NCBI RefSeq assembly: GCF_008831285.2
Contig: NC_045138.2
Span: forward strand, 18,848,001-18,912,000
Origin: Nymphaea colorata
Lineage: Eukaryota
Reading direction: 5' to 3'
DNA: 64,000 bases
The notes under the pieces were generated by a model. The model had not been told where the DNA came from and did no database searches. It was given only the letters and a program-made list of their open reading frames with translations. The translations under genes were made by a program, and so were the position numbers. Shown here in pieces: positions 1-12,181 of the stretch. Position 1 is the first letter of the stretch. Each line of letters opens with the position of its first letter.

Positions 1-357
1 TTGTCATACGTATCCTTCAGTTCTTGCTGTATGCCCTTTAAGGGGTTAATGAAGCTACAAAGTTGGTCCTCTTGAGGTTCCTGTAGAGTGCGCTCTCCTT
101 GAGGCGCTCCATAAGCAGCCGGTGGTTCTCCACGTGGTGGTAGGGATCGAAGGAACGATGCCATGTGAGGGGTGCGGTGTCAGTCATACCTGATGCAATA
201 ACAAGGCCATTCGGCCATTTGTAGATGGACATTTTCCTTTGGAAATGAAGTAATATTGATCGCTATCAGGGTTCTATGCTCGGTATCTTTCTTCCACATG
301 GATCACCCAGCGCTTGTTCCCCATCCACTTTAGCCGTTGCTGATGCATTTCTCTCAT
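1..357 (-). pseudogene. DUF247 (UPF0481-like) pseudogene, copy A; 5' part only, continues beyond the left edge
   Basis: The minus strand reads MREMHQQRLKWMGNKRWVIHVEERYRA* (ATG at 357, in-frame TAG at 276-274). After frameshifts it continues SIYKWPNGLV...SFDPYHH...ESALYR and LKGIQQELKDTYD, collinear with the N-termini of the other copies. It has a premature stop and more than one frameshift. Confidence 0.85.
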
Positions 358-3169
358 CCCGTCCTGTTGATCCCCCCTTCTCTCTCTCTCTGCGGCCTTC
401 ATCTTTGCCTCACCTGTCATCGGTCGACTGACTCGACTCTATTGTTGTTCCCTGCCTCACCTGCTCGCTTTTTGCTTCGGAACAAAGAGGGAAACAGCAG
501 AGAATTACAAAATAAGGGAACATGGAACAACAGTCTTTCAGTATAAAGCACATCTTAATTTGTTAATAATTAAAAAGGAAAGGACGCACTAAATGGCGCC
601 CATCCACAGCAGAGGTAGAGTTGCCCCTATGGTGCTCTGCCTGCAAGAGGAAGCCATTGAAGACGGAGAGAGAGAGAGAGAGACCAAAGGAGGACAGAAA
701 GAAGAAAGATTCCAAGCTGTTAAACTGATAAGCTGCAGCCCCACTGCAACAGTCACTTGAAACTGATCGACCCAATCTTTAACAAAAGCAAGATCAAGCA
801 ACATAACTAGCCACAGTGAGCTAGAACATTGAAAACAAAGGGAACAAATAAAAAACGCACAAATCCGATTGGTTGACATGCCTGACTTGAGGATCTTGAT
901 TGTTTTTTTTTACCGTATAGGCTTGCTGCCAATGATCTTATCCATGCCAGATTAACTACTGCAACCTTCTCATTTGAATAAGATTATCTAGGTGACGTCT
1001 GATGTGAAACGTTCTCTAAAGTTGATGGCTTATGGATCTTATGGAGTAATATCCTCTAATAAGGAAGGGATAATAAGCCACAGTATATTAGTTTACTTAC
1101 CGTAAGCCAAAATTGAGGCCATCTCACGATAGCAATGAGGAATGCCCTCTAACCATCACTGTATGAAATAAAACCCGATTAAAGCTGATTCTAAACTTTA
1201 GCAAATCAACTTTTTAGGAACAACAAGTAGACATAAAAATATAAACAGAACAGAACATGTGTTCATAAAAACACAAACAGAACAGTAAAGGTGCCTGAGC
1301 TAGATTTAGGTGAGGCTTTGCTACACCTCGTTCAGTTCAGTAAAAAGCATAAAAGCAGAAGCAGTTTCTATGTTTCTTATACTATAAAGCAGTAGTGTTT
1401 ATCGGCAGGTATGCATAGATTTATTTTTACAAACATGTTATCAATAAGATTGCAGATGGGACAGATCTGTTAGTATTTTTTGTTGTGATGTGCCTTATTA
1501 ATGTCTCAATGAAGTCTGCAAAAGCATACATGGAGCGGCCATGTGAGAAGTGACGACAGACTGGAATTGATCAATGGGAATGTTCATCCCATCCGGCTTT
1601 GTTTATGTACAGGACTTGTGGGAAGAAGTAGAGAGCTACGTAATCAATAAGGGAACATGGCAGACTCGACTAGTCTCACCATGAGTATGGGACGTCTAAG
1701 ATCATTCTAATTGGGTAGAAGATTATACCTCTACGGATGATTATTGGAGTTCGGGTGAGCAAAGCCCACTTGAGAAATCAACAAAGCCATGTTGCTAAAT
1801 GCCCTCATTGGTCTCACTATAAAATCGTCCATTACCATTTTAGCATAAGTAGCGTATAACAATCTTTGCAAGTTCACGAGCAAGGGAGTTTAATAACCAT
1901 GAAAGGAATATATTATTGCATCTAGCTCATAATGAACAATCCTTTCAAACAAAATCAGGTTTGGTTATTGTACCATCTATGAAGCCCAACAAATATTACA
2001 AATTTTCAATTATAATATTTTTGGTGACATTGTCGTTAGCATCCTAATGTCTTAGGGCCTGGAAATGACAGAAACGCTCCTGATGATAAACATGAACCCC
2101 GCCTACATACAAGAATAGAAGTGGAATGTGGAGAAAAACAAATTTGTAAAAGATTAAAATAACCCTCTGAAATGGTAGAACACGGGTGCCGGTGTTAGGC
2201 ACTTATCATAATACGGGAACCCAGCATGATTGACACGAGAACTTCCAGTACCCTCCATCCTAATGCCATTTTCCACTTCGTCATTTCACTTTTCATGTTT
2301 TTCAAATTCAACCTCTATTTTTTCCTTTAACCAGTAAGATCCGTCGTTAAGACCAATGCCACGAAGGTGAAGAATCTATGCAGGAAACATTGTGCTAATT
2401 TATTGGTGCATTTATAAGATTTATGAGGACAATTAAAAAATCTCCAACTTTCCCACCATAAATCTCCTTAGGATATATGACCATTTAAGTGGTATACCAT
2501 ATACTGAATGAAGGAAGTTTGTGAAGTATGATCATTTAATAAAAAAATAAGCACTTGATGAACACAAAATATAGAATAAAGTATAAATATGAGATCGTGT
2601 GTAGCAGGATACAATTACCTTTGGACAGGGAGGTATGTGGATCTCCACTAACGAAGCAGACAACAAAAACGTGACCCTAAGGGGTGGTAGCGCATTGAGC
2701 GGCAATGTGGTCATACTCCTTTAACGGCTTGGTTCGAGTTCTTAGAGCGACCACTGTCACGTCCCAGCACGCGTCACTTTTTGGCCCGTAAAAAAGCCCA
2801 ACGTAGCTCTGTGAAAACCCCGGAAAGCGGACACAAAGGGGGGTCAAAGCCTCTCTTAGAAGCCGTGACAATGAACATCTCACCCCTAACAAAAAAAAAA
2901 AAAAAAAAAAACAAAACGTGTTTCTTTTCAAGTAAACGGGTCTGATTAGGATTAGACCTAAGCCTGACCCGATAAAAAAAAAAAGGTCCGACAATTAAGA
3001 TCCCATGCCAAATCTACTATTGTGCCCTCGTTTTCTTTAAATACGATCAAGCTTCTACATGTTTGACAAGCCAAAAGATATAATAATAATCTCAATAATA
3101 AGATACGCCGTGGCTTCATTGATGTGGAACATGCCCACATTCTCCGGTTAGACTTAATGATCCCACATT

Positions 3170-3182
3170 CTCCTATTTAAAT
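3170..3182 (+). promoter_or_regulatory. Candidate TATA box of DUF247 copy B
   Basis: CCTATTTAAAT about 100 nt upstream of the ATG at 3278, followed by a CT-rich leader. Confidence 0.45.
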
Positions 3183-3277
3183 CCTCAAATCCTAAGCTCT
3201 AAAGATCAGAACTGAAGATCTCTATCCCTTCCTCTAATCTCTTTCTCTCTGCAATAAGCCCCTGCAACCAAACAGAG

Positions 3278-6200
3278 ATGACGGAGATCAACGGAGAGAG
3301 GAGCCAATCGTTGGCGTCGGACATAGTCAGCAACTTCCAGGAATACGAAGCTTCAGGTTTTCGAAAGAAGATGGAGAGGAGGTGCATCTACAAGTGCCCC
3401 TACGGCCTCATCACTATAAAAAATCTCAAAGGAAAGCACATTCCCCACATGGTGTCCTTCGGGCCATACCATTATGGGGAAGGGCATCTGCAGGCCATGG
3501 AGTTCCACAAGCGCAGGGCTCTCCACGGTATCGTCATAGGGGACCGCCTTCCCCCTTCCCCAACCGAAGCACAAGAACAGCTCAGGCTTCGACTGCGTCC
3601 TTTCATGGACGCATTGAGCGAAGTGGAAGAAGAGCTCAGGGATTGCTACGACCAACTCGGCCCAGAGTGGTCGCCGTCGAAACCTTTCTTGGAGATGATG
3701 CTGCTCGACGGCTGCTTCATGCTGAAGCTCCTTCGTTGCGCAAAGACGCCGGACAACTCCAACTTCGGCTCGAGCGGGACTCCTCCCGATCCCATCTTCG
3801 GCCCCAACGTTTCCCCTTACATGCGCGCGGTTCTGCGTCGAGATATGTTGATGCTAGAGAATCAGATCCCACTGCTTGTCCTCGAAAGGCTACTTCACGT
3901 AAAGAATAGTAATAGACTACAACGGGGGCGTGCTACCTGCAACTATGCATACCTCAATCGGTTGATCATCGATTTCTTTGGTTTCAAGTTCTCTGAGAAG
4001 CCAGTTCTAGGCTCTCGTCGCGGTTTACACGTTCTGGACGTTTGCAGAGAGTGCCTGATCGGAAGCCCAACGCAGGTTCCAAATCAAAGCCCTAATCCAT
4101 CTCCAAGGAGGTCGTGTGACGCCACTGGTAAGTGCATTCTCCATTACTGAATTTCTGATAAAGAAACAGTAGCGTACATCACCGTTAGCAAGTAAATGAT
4201 GCAGATGCATGCATGGTCCTTTGCGTTTACCAAGTAAGCACCGGTCATCAGACAAGCACCACACGCACACGCTAATTAAATCTGAATGAAAGGTTCGTGG
4301 TTTACAGAATGTTTCACGCATTGAAATTTGTTTTTAGAATGGCTTCAGCTTTTAATGTTGCGATTCAATTAATGCAACTTTGTTAAGTGGACATCTTCAC
4401 GGGTACATAGAAGAATCATAAAGAAAAATGCACAAATATGTCAAATTATTAATAAAAATATGGCTGACGTTGTAATTCTTTATTATTAAAAATTTAAAAC
4501 TAACGTCCTCCCTGCCTTTCTCTCTCTATGAATGTTTGACAATCTCAGCTTCAACTCGAACTTGCAAGTTCGACTCAAGCTCGACTTGTAAATTAAATGA
4601 GTTGAGTTCAATCTTAATTTTTAATTTTTAACTCGAGTAGTCTGTAAACAAGTTGAGATGAATTCGATTCAATTAAACTCATTTAACACTAATACTTATT
4701 TTTGTAATTTGAAAAAACTCGAGTCGAGTCAAGTTTAAACTGGTCAAGTTCCAGTTCGGCTCGTTCATGGTACACCCCTAAATACAGCTGGGGTTTCTCC
4801 CTTATGACCTCCCTCTTTCTCTTAATTAAAATCTTCAATCCATTGTCAATCAACGCTCAATTTATTTTCAAATAAACCATTTTCTTTTACTAGCCATGCC
4901 ATCATATATATACATATTGTACCTTGTTAATGATATTTTCAATGCGAAAGTGCTGGAAGACTGGCTCCCCACCTTTTATTGACGAAAAAAAATATTTATA
5001 GCAAAATCATATTAATGATACTAATTTATTTATTTTAGAATAGTTATGAGTTTTTTATTAATTACCATAAGTCTTTAACGGCTAAAAATGATTCAATATT
5101 AATTAAGAAACTTGTGGAACTATTTAATATTATCAAACTATTATTAAAGGGTTTTGTATAAATATACGCACGCAAGATCTATGAATATAAACAATAGGGC
5201 ATGTATTATAACTCTTTAATATGTTAGTCAACTCTAAGAAGATGATGACTTTTTTAATGAATGGGATATAAAGTTGTAAAATATCTCATTGGAACTAATT
5301 CTAGGATCTGGTATCCGCATTAAATCTGCCTTTCTTGTGAGACTCCATATTGGACCTCCTCAAGAAGCATAAACGACAACGTTTTTAGCCTAATATGAGC
5401 TGAGATTCGCTACTTAAAAAATGTAGATTAAATTAGGGTCTGCTTGTTTCATGATGACCTAAATTTCATAGTTTTTAACCTGTAACGTGAATTTAAGATT
5501 CATGATCATCAGTTTGTTTAAATTGAGGAGCTTACAACACATACTTCTTAATGCAGCTTTGGGTATGAGATCCGAGACCATCAAACACTACTTCAATTGC
5601 TAAAAATGCTTGAATTTTTCACCATCCCTGTGCATACTCTAGCCTAAGCTGTTGAAATATTCTTATGATTTAATTAGATTCCAACTAAACGAAAATGTTC
5701 ACTACGTGACAACATGACAACGGCGTAGGCATTTCGCGTTGGCGGTGAATGCTATGATAAATAGCTTCTTTTGAATTTTCTTAACAATAAAAAATAATTT
5801 GTATTTGGTGGAGACAAAATTTAAAAAGTGAGAAATGTTTTGAGAAAAGACAGAAGTGCCTTCTGCTTATTTGCCTACATCATTGACCATGCTCTGCACA
5901 CACCAAACGTAATTAATTAATTAATTGCTCATATGGTCAACCGGAAACTTAACCTTCTAAACTCCGCTCGAAATATAGGAAGTGCAGAGGAACTCAAACA
6001 ACTTATTACATTCCAGAATTTGGTTCTGCAGTTTCAAGCTTTCGTATATCCAACATAATTTAATACTGACTTCTTGATCTACGCTTCATGCGTTGCTTAT
6101 TGCGTCTACGCCGCTAAGCTGCGGCTGCCCCGAACGGAAGGACGCCAGCCGGCCATGGTCAAGCAGAAGAAACGGCATCACATAGTCAGGCCGGCGACCA

Positions 6201-7041
6201 ACTCGATCAAAACTCTGGGACATCCCGGGACAATATTGGCGTGCCTGAAGCCCACACGATTGAAATGGGATCACAGAATACCGGTCAACAACCTGATCAG
6301 AACCCCCGAACTTTGTACCAAGACAGCATTGTCGTGGACTGCTTCCAGTCAGAAGAAAGCAATGGTAGTCAGGAGGGCGGCAATCAACGTGATCCGATTT
6401 GTTGTGGCCTGTCCAGGAAAAATATCGTCCTCCACACAAAGAGCACCGGCGTTCCGTGCGTAAAGTGGCTTCGGGACGCAGGAGTGACGTTCAAGAAGAG
6501 CCATGGCGGCCGGTTCTCCGACGCACACTTTGACGAGAAAAACGGCGTCCTGAGCCTTCCGTTCCTGGAGATAGACGACGACACTGCAGCCAAGTTCATG
6601 AACTTGATAGCCTTCGAACGCATGCACCCAAGCATTGGGGGACAGGTGACGTCCTACTTCCTGTTCATGGACGCGCTGCTGGACACGGGCGAGGACGTGA
6701 GGCTCCTCATCTCCAAAGGGATCGTGAGGAACGAGCTCGGAAGCGACGACGCCGCCGCCAAGCTTTTCAACAGCTTGGGCGATGGCGTCGTGGACAGCGA
6801 TGTACAGAACGATGGCGCATCGCAATTGGATGCAGAGAAGAGTGTGAGATTTATTATCACGGAGGTCCGCAGAAAGTTGAACGCATATGCGTCCTCCAAA
6901 TGGAATACGTGGATCGCGGATCTGAAGCATAAGTATTTCATTAGTCCCTGGGCTTGCATGTCCCTCTTTGCTGCCATTCTTTTGATAGTCTTGACCATAC
7001 TTCAAACTGCGTATGGCGTATCGGCTTTTTACAAGGGCTAG
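3278..7041 (+). CDS. DUF247 (UPF0481/At3g47200-like) membrane protein, copy B; two coding exons 3278-4127 and ~6119-7041, about 590 aa
   Basis: Exon 1 has the family motifs CIYKCP, PHMVSFGPYHYG, EMMLLDGCFML, DMLMLENQIPLLVL and HVLDVCR. A G|GTAAGT donor lies at 4127/4128 (phase 1). An in-phase AG acceptor at 6117-6118 follows an in-frame TAA (alternative AG at 6147-6148). Exon 2 has LRDAGVTF, GVLSLP, NLIAFE, VTSY..FMD.L.DT..DV.LL, LGSD..AA.LFN.L and YF.SPW plus a C-terminal TM helix. Confidence 0.9.
4545..4782. mobile_element. Degenerate MITE-like element (CTCGAG/AACTCG-rich family) inside the intron of copy B
   Basis: Repeated ctcgaac/ctcgac/tcgagtc motifs like those in the hAT MITE at 17819-18261; ends in ...caccccta. 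No TSD resolved. Confidence 0.45.
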
Positions 7042-9158
7042 CTACTAAGGCCTTTTGCTCAATATTGCTAGTATCAGCGTTGGTATCCGGTCTCCGATTT
7101 TATTATTTGTTCTCACAACAAATCCTTTGAATATTTTGAACAATTGCAAGAAATTCAACATGCCAATTGAAATAATTCGCTGGGATCTAATTTGGATGTC
7201 GTTTAACATAATATATATGGCTGTGTAATATACACATTAACATTATGTAAATGAACGACGTGGTTAGACAATAAACATGCCACTGGACTGACTTGACATG
7301 ACTAGAACCAACTACGTCTTTGGGATTAATGACGTTGAGTTGTGGGGCAACAAGTCAGCCATGTAAAGAAGCTGGTTGACTCGGTTCAGTTGTTAACACT
7401 GGGATTGGATCAGCGGATGTCGAGATGTTCTAAAGATGCGACAAAATAGACCAATGTGTTTTTAACGACCATTCTTCTTTCTCTCTCCTTGCCACATGCA
7501 ATCTAACCTTGTCATAGATACCATTAGCTTTGGTCTCTCCCCCATCCGATTTTGTCCTTCATGCCATTCTACTTTATTATCTATCCTATATAGAAATTTT
7601 GAAAAATTATATTTTAGCCTCTTTCAAAATTTTGAAACTATAACCCCCCGGGATTTGCTCAAGAACATTAGTTACAGCAGACTGCAGTTGTTTGATATCA
7701 TGCTGTTTCGCTTCATGTAATTGATAATTGTCTTGTGGATTTGATGTCTTTGCTAGCAAGTTTTGTTTTTTAAGTTACTGATGTGCAGCATCGTGCTTCA
7801 ACTAGCTGGTTTTCATTTTTTAGAGAATCTTAAACCAACATGAAATTTTGTGAACCAGAAGACCTAATTTGTGTTGTATACTTCTGTTGAATGGTGGAAT
7901 GAGGAAATGAAGCATCAAGTTTTTTTTTTTTTCGGACATTTTTACATTAGATATTGTCTGGCTCAAATTCTGTTTTTATTGGGGAAAAGAAGCAAAAGAA
8001 GGAGTCTTGTTTCACTTACACTTTTCTTGTTGTTATGAGGGGTTTTTAATTGTCATTATGAATTGGTTTCACCCAACTGCTCCTAATGTAAGCTAGTGTA
8101 TAGTGAACTTTAAGTCGGTGAAATCCGCCCATCTCTCGTTAGATTTGCACTGGTAAGTCTGCCTACTCAAAGTTAATTGTCCGATTCAACTCAGGCGGGA
8201 AAAGTCCAAAAGGTTGGAAGCCGAATTACTGCCAATCTAATTAAATATGAATCGGCTGATTCAGGCCGATTCTTTTATGAATCTCCACTTCGCAAATTTC
8301 AAAATTAGTGCTTAGCCACTCTTGAAGACTTGAAGTTATAGTCTCTGCTTTAACAAGTGACTGAAACATACTGCAAACTTCAGCAACAACGGAATTTCGT
8401 GTATTCAGGTCATGGCCCTACGCTAGAAGACCTCAAAGCATTCCAAAGCAAGTTGAGCCCTATGTTGATATTTGCTTCAACCTGAAAGCGAGTGGTTGGA
8501 AGATCTGCAGTCTGTGCGCTAGCTGGCTCTACACCGTTGCTGAATTTTTTCTGCCTCATTCTCCAATTGTTTCCCGAGCAACTTGCTTCTACAATACGAC
8601 GGATCACTGATCATCCTCACCTATCTATATGCATTTGTGAAATAAGAAAAAAAAAGGCATATAGTGACATAAATGTTGCATCATTATAAGGGCGTTTGGT
8701 TGAGTATCAGTTAAAATGATTAAGATTTGTGAACCGTGGATTTAAGATTCGACTCTTGCCCTTCTGATTTTAAATCAGATTTTTCTCAATGTAAAGAGGT
8801 AAAATAAGGATTTTCGATGCCCTAAGAGCTCAACAAACTCTTAAGGGGCATTTGACAACAAAAGTAGTGTAGTAGTGCTCGATCAATCTATTGTAAATAT
8901 TTAGGCTTACATTCATAAAGCACTGGGTGACAACAGTTGGATGCACGTCAAATTGAACGCTGGTAGAAGTGGTAGTAGGGGCCATAGAAATCTTAAAATT
9001 TTATAGTTTGTTTTTAAAAAGAATTTAGATTTTCAAATTACCTTAAAATATTTTATTTTATCGTATTTTCAAATTAGAAAATTGGCCAATGATCGGTATC
9101 GAGATTCACTTTTGTAAATCAAAGAAAAACCAAGGGGCACCACAAGTGATGGGGAACA

Positions 9159-9444
9159 TGTTGGTGTATGGAAGTTGATCCATATGGACACTCTTTATGT
9201 AAGGGCATATATGTCATTTTGTACAAATACGGGTTTGCCCTAATCCTTATGTTTTGAGGATGGCCGTCGCTTGAGTGTGTCTGTTCTGTGTGTTCATAGA
9301 AGAGAGAGAATACAAGAGATCTGTGCGACCGTGGACGTAGGAGATTGTTGCTCCGAACCACGTAAATCGTTGTCTTCTTCCTTGTTGCTTCTAACCACCC
9401 CTTGAGAGTGCGAGAGGAGAGTTTATTCTGTGTTTTTTCTAACA
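9159..9444 (+). mobile_element. Solo LTR, probably Ty1/copia type
   Basis: Begins TGTTGG and ends CTAACA. Flanked by a perfect 5-bp TSD GAACA (9154-9158, 9445-9449). Contains GTGGACGTAGG...GAACCACGTAAA. A second copy lies at 35427-35725. Confidence 0.85.
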
Positions 9445-10799
9445 GAACATGTGGGTGATTTGGGAATGGTATAAGATTAAGTCGGTCTGCTTTGCCCATC
9501 GGCCCCTATCTTAAATCTTCTTAGGCAAAGTAAAGCGAAGTCAAGCCAATGAACAGCCCAACTTCTTTGGTTGGTTGAAGCTTTTCCAAGAAGCATCTGC
9601 CTTGGCAACCCTCTAACTGACTTTCGAAGCAGTTGAACAAACGATTCTGAAAATCGAGTGGAGCAAATGGAAGTAAGAATTTCTTGTCAATTGCAACGAA
9701 GTCTTGCAGCAAGTCCACCATCACAAAAGAATACGTTAATTTGCAATTTGAAATTGAGCAAACAGACGAACAATAACTTGTTAAACAATATGAGAAAGCT
9801 GAACTGGAGTGGCAGTAAATATTAATTAATCGATCGCGTCCAGGACAAGCCAAGGGACACAGTGCAGGTCTGGGCCTTCACCCTTAACACTGCAGGCCTG
9901 ATCATCCACATCCACTCGCAGAATACGGGAGGCTATAAGTTCACCTTGTTGGGTAGTGGCCTTGAGTTCGATCCCTTTTCTTCTATAACTGCAAATGAGA
10001 TCCTAGTTATGAAATTAAAACAGGAAATAAATCAAATATTAAAGTTTCTGTTTTAATTCTTACCATAAGTCTTCATGTCATAACCGTGGCTGGGATTTGG
10101 AAAAATCCTGAGAGGCGGTCTATAAAGCCCAGCTTTTATTCATCTCACTACAATGTTGAGAAATCAAGCAAACCCCCAAAATCATTTCTCTCTTGTTTCT
10201 TTCTTCCTCTCTTGCTCAGCATCTGACACGCTGTTGGTGGTGGACCTACTTCACACACGCTGTTCAGCTGGTTAAGATTCAACACACCTGTCCCTTCAAG
10301 TTGTTGTCTTGATAGCGTGACAACTGAATACCAGTGGCTGCCTTCTTTTAAGTCAGTGTGGACCACTGCAGTATGGGTTGATGACTCATCTGCCTCTCAG
10401 CCAGAACATCGATTGATGGGTTTTAAGGCCATGTTTTGGAGTTCGGCGTCTTTCTCGATTTCTTGTCTGCAACAAGTGAGCCAAGCGGATTAATATCGAG
10501 TGAAGTTAGCTCGACTCGGATAAGCAGACAAGTCATTCAAAAGATTCCCACGCGACTCATTTGTTGAAGGAGTCAACTTGAATTTGGACTGGAAATGCGC
10601 TTTACTCTGCTGATTGACGACCAAATTGATTCGAAATGCGCTTTTATCACAATTTCGCTCCAAGTCTCCAAGCCGTGTGATCATCAGATTAACTCAGTTG
10701 CACCACAAACTCTTTATCCGAAGATTCCATAGCAATTGCTACCACTTTCACCGAAGATTCACTGTGAATTGCTACCACTTTCCTCGAATGAAGATAATA

Positions 10800-11062
10800 T
10801 GAAAAGTCCTTGAAAAACTTGGCCTCAATCAAAAGGTTAAAAGGCGACCAAAAGTATCCTGCAACCTGGGTTTCTCTCCCTCTCTCAGCACTTGTTCTTT
10901 CTTTGCACGCCTGATCCTCCACCTGCCCAATCCCAACTCAACCCTTCCCGTGCCATTCCTCTCCAAGCCCGCCGCTACCATTCAACTCGAAGAATCACCG
11001 GAAACAGCAGGGACAGTGTCTCGCCCCTTTCTGTTCCACCAGCACCACTTTTCCAGGTAAGC
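10800..11062 (+). promoter_or_regulatory. Promoter region and non-coding first exon of copy C, ending at the splice donor (GT at 11057)
   Basis: ...ccacttttccag|GTAAGC. The block is homologous to 28250-28495 and to the exon-1 modules at 21600, 35300 and 44790. A matching tttag| acceptor lies at 12164-12165, just before the ATG. Confidence 0.7.
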
Positions 11063-12181
11063 ATTTCGAAAGCTTTTGTATAATACCAAGATAAGGCCGT
11101 GGCTGAAACCTCACTCAGCTGCATCGTTGACGATGCCATGCCCCACTGGGTTCCGTGGGTTACAACAGTTCCACAGGCAGGCCCATGGGCTGCATCGGCC
11201 ATGGCCGACGCGCCCAGGCGAGGTCGACAATGGTAGATGCAGCCACCCTACTCGTTGGCGTCATCTATTGCCGGAGCATCACAGCTCCAGTGGTATCATT
11301 TTTTGGCAGTAAAGTGTTGGCAGTTGCTACCCTCATGCAGACTGTTTCTTGACATACTAGCGTTGTCTGTGTCCTTTTAAGTTGGTCATCGAACACCCGA
11401 TCATTGAGTTTAATTGGTTGGGCTTCGAGCATTAGATCTGCCTCGCCAGTGTTCATGGACCTTAAGCGTGTTCTATAACAACTTGGAGGTTAAATCAACT
11501 CCTCACCAATAGAATACAGCGCTGACAGCAGTTTTTAGTTCTTTAACTTGCTCTTTTTCAGTTAAATTATTTGAAAATTTATAAAATTTAAAAGTTGGGT
11601 GAGAAGGCCGATTCTTGATGACACAGACCAGCCTCATGTATATCTAATCAAAGATAAATTAAGTCTTGACTTAGCATTAAAACCTCAAAACTAGTAGCAG
11701 AGGCACATATGGGCTGTAATGCTCGGTCGTCTACACTCACTCTATGGATTTTCCTTTATTTTCATGTGGGTTCTTTCAATTATTTGTTTAATATTTATAT
11801 ACGTTGGTGGTCCTTAAGGTATGCAAATTTTATAATAGTGTTTCTCAGCTTAAAATTTCTAGGTTTACTATACGGACCCACACTAAAACGTAAATACAAG
11901 CTAGATTTTTAGATCCTCAAGGGGCACAGCTGGTCAGGCTAGGGGCTTGTGCAGAAGCATGCCTTTAATTCGGGTCTTGTTGGCAGTATATCTTTGCGTA
12001 TTAATGGCTCCAAAGTTGCCGCCGATGAGGACATAACCCAAGACTCTAAAGCCAGGGAGAATGGGAATTAACTTTTCTCAATCAGTTAGATTATTTATAG
12101 ATAAGATAGCTTGGTATCGCATGCCCACAAAGCACTTGTATATAACTTTACATTACTTGCTTTAGGTTTCCTGACTCTGGT

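Noticed and set aside
563..879. Short hydrophobic Cys-containing minus-strand ORFs as an HPS10-like peptide gene
   Set aside because: Their composition derives from the (GA)n tract and probable 5' leader of pseudogene A. No clean signal peptide plus mature domain.
6349..7005. 218-aa minus-strand ORF, plus the other antisense or off-frame ORFs over DUF247 exons (3382-3909, 6074-6463, 23957-24292, 30726-31061)
   Set aside because: Shadow ORFs of GC-rich coding sequence with no independent motifs.
3278..7041. Treating ORFs 3278-4150 and 6241-7041 as two separate genes
   Set aside because: They are complementary halves of one DUF247 domain joined by an in-phase GT-AG intron.
9940..9990. GAGTTCGATCCC as a tRNA or SINE B-box
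   Set aside because: No cloverleaf, convincing A-box, tail or TSD could be established.
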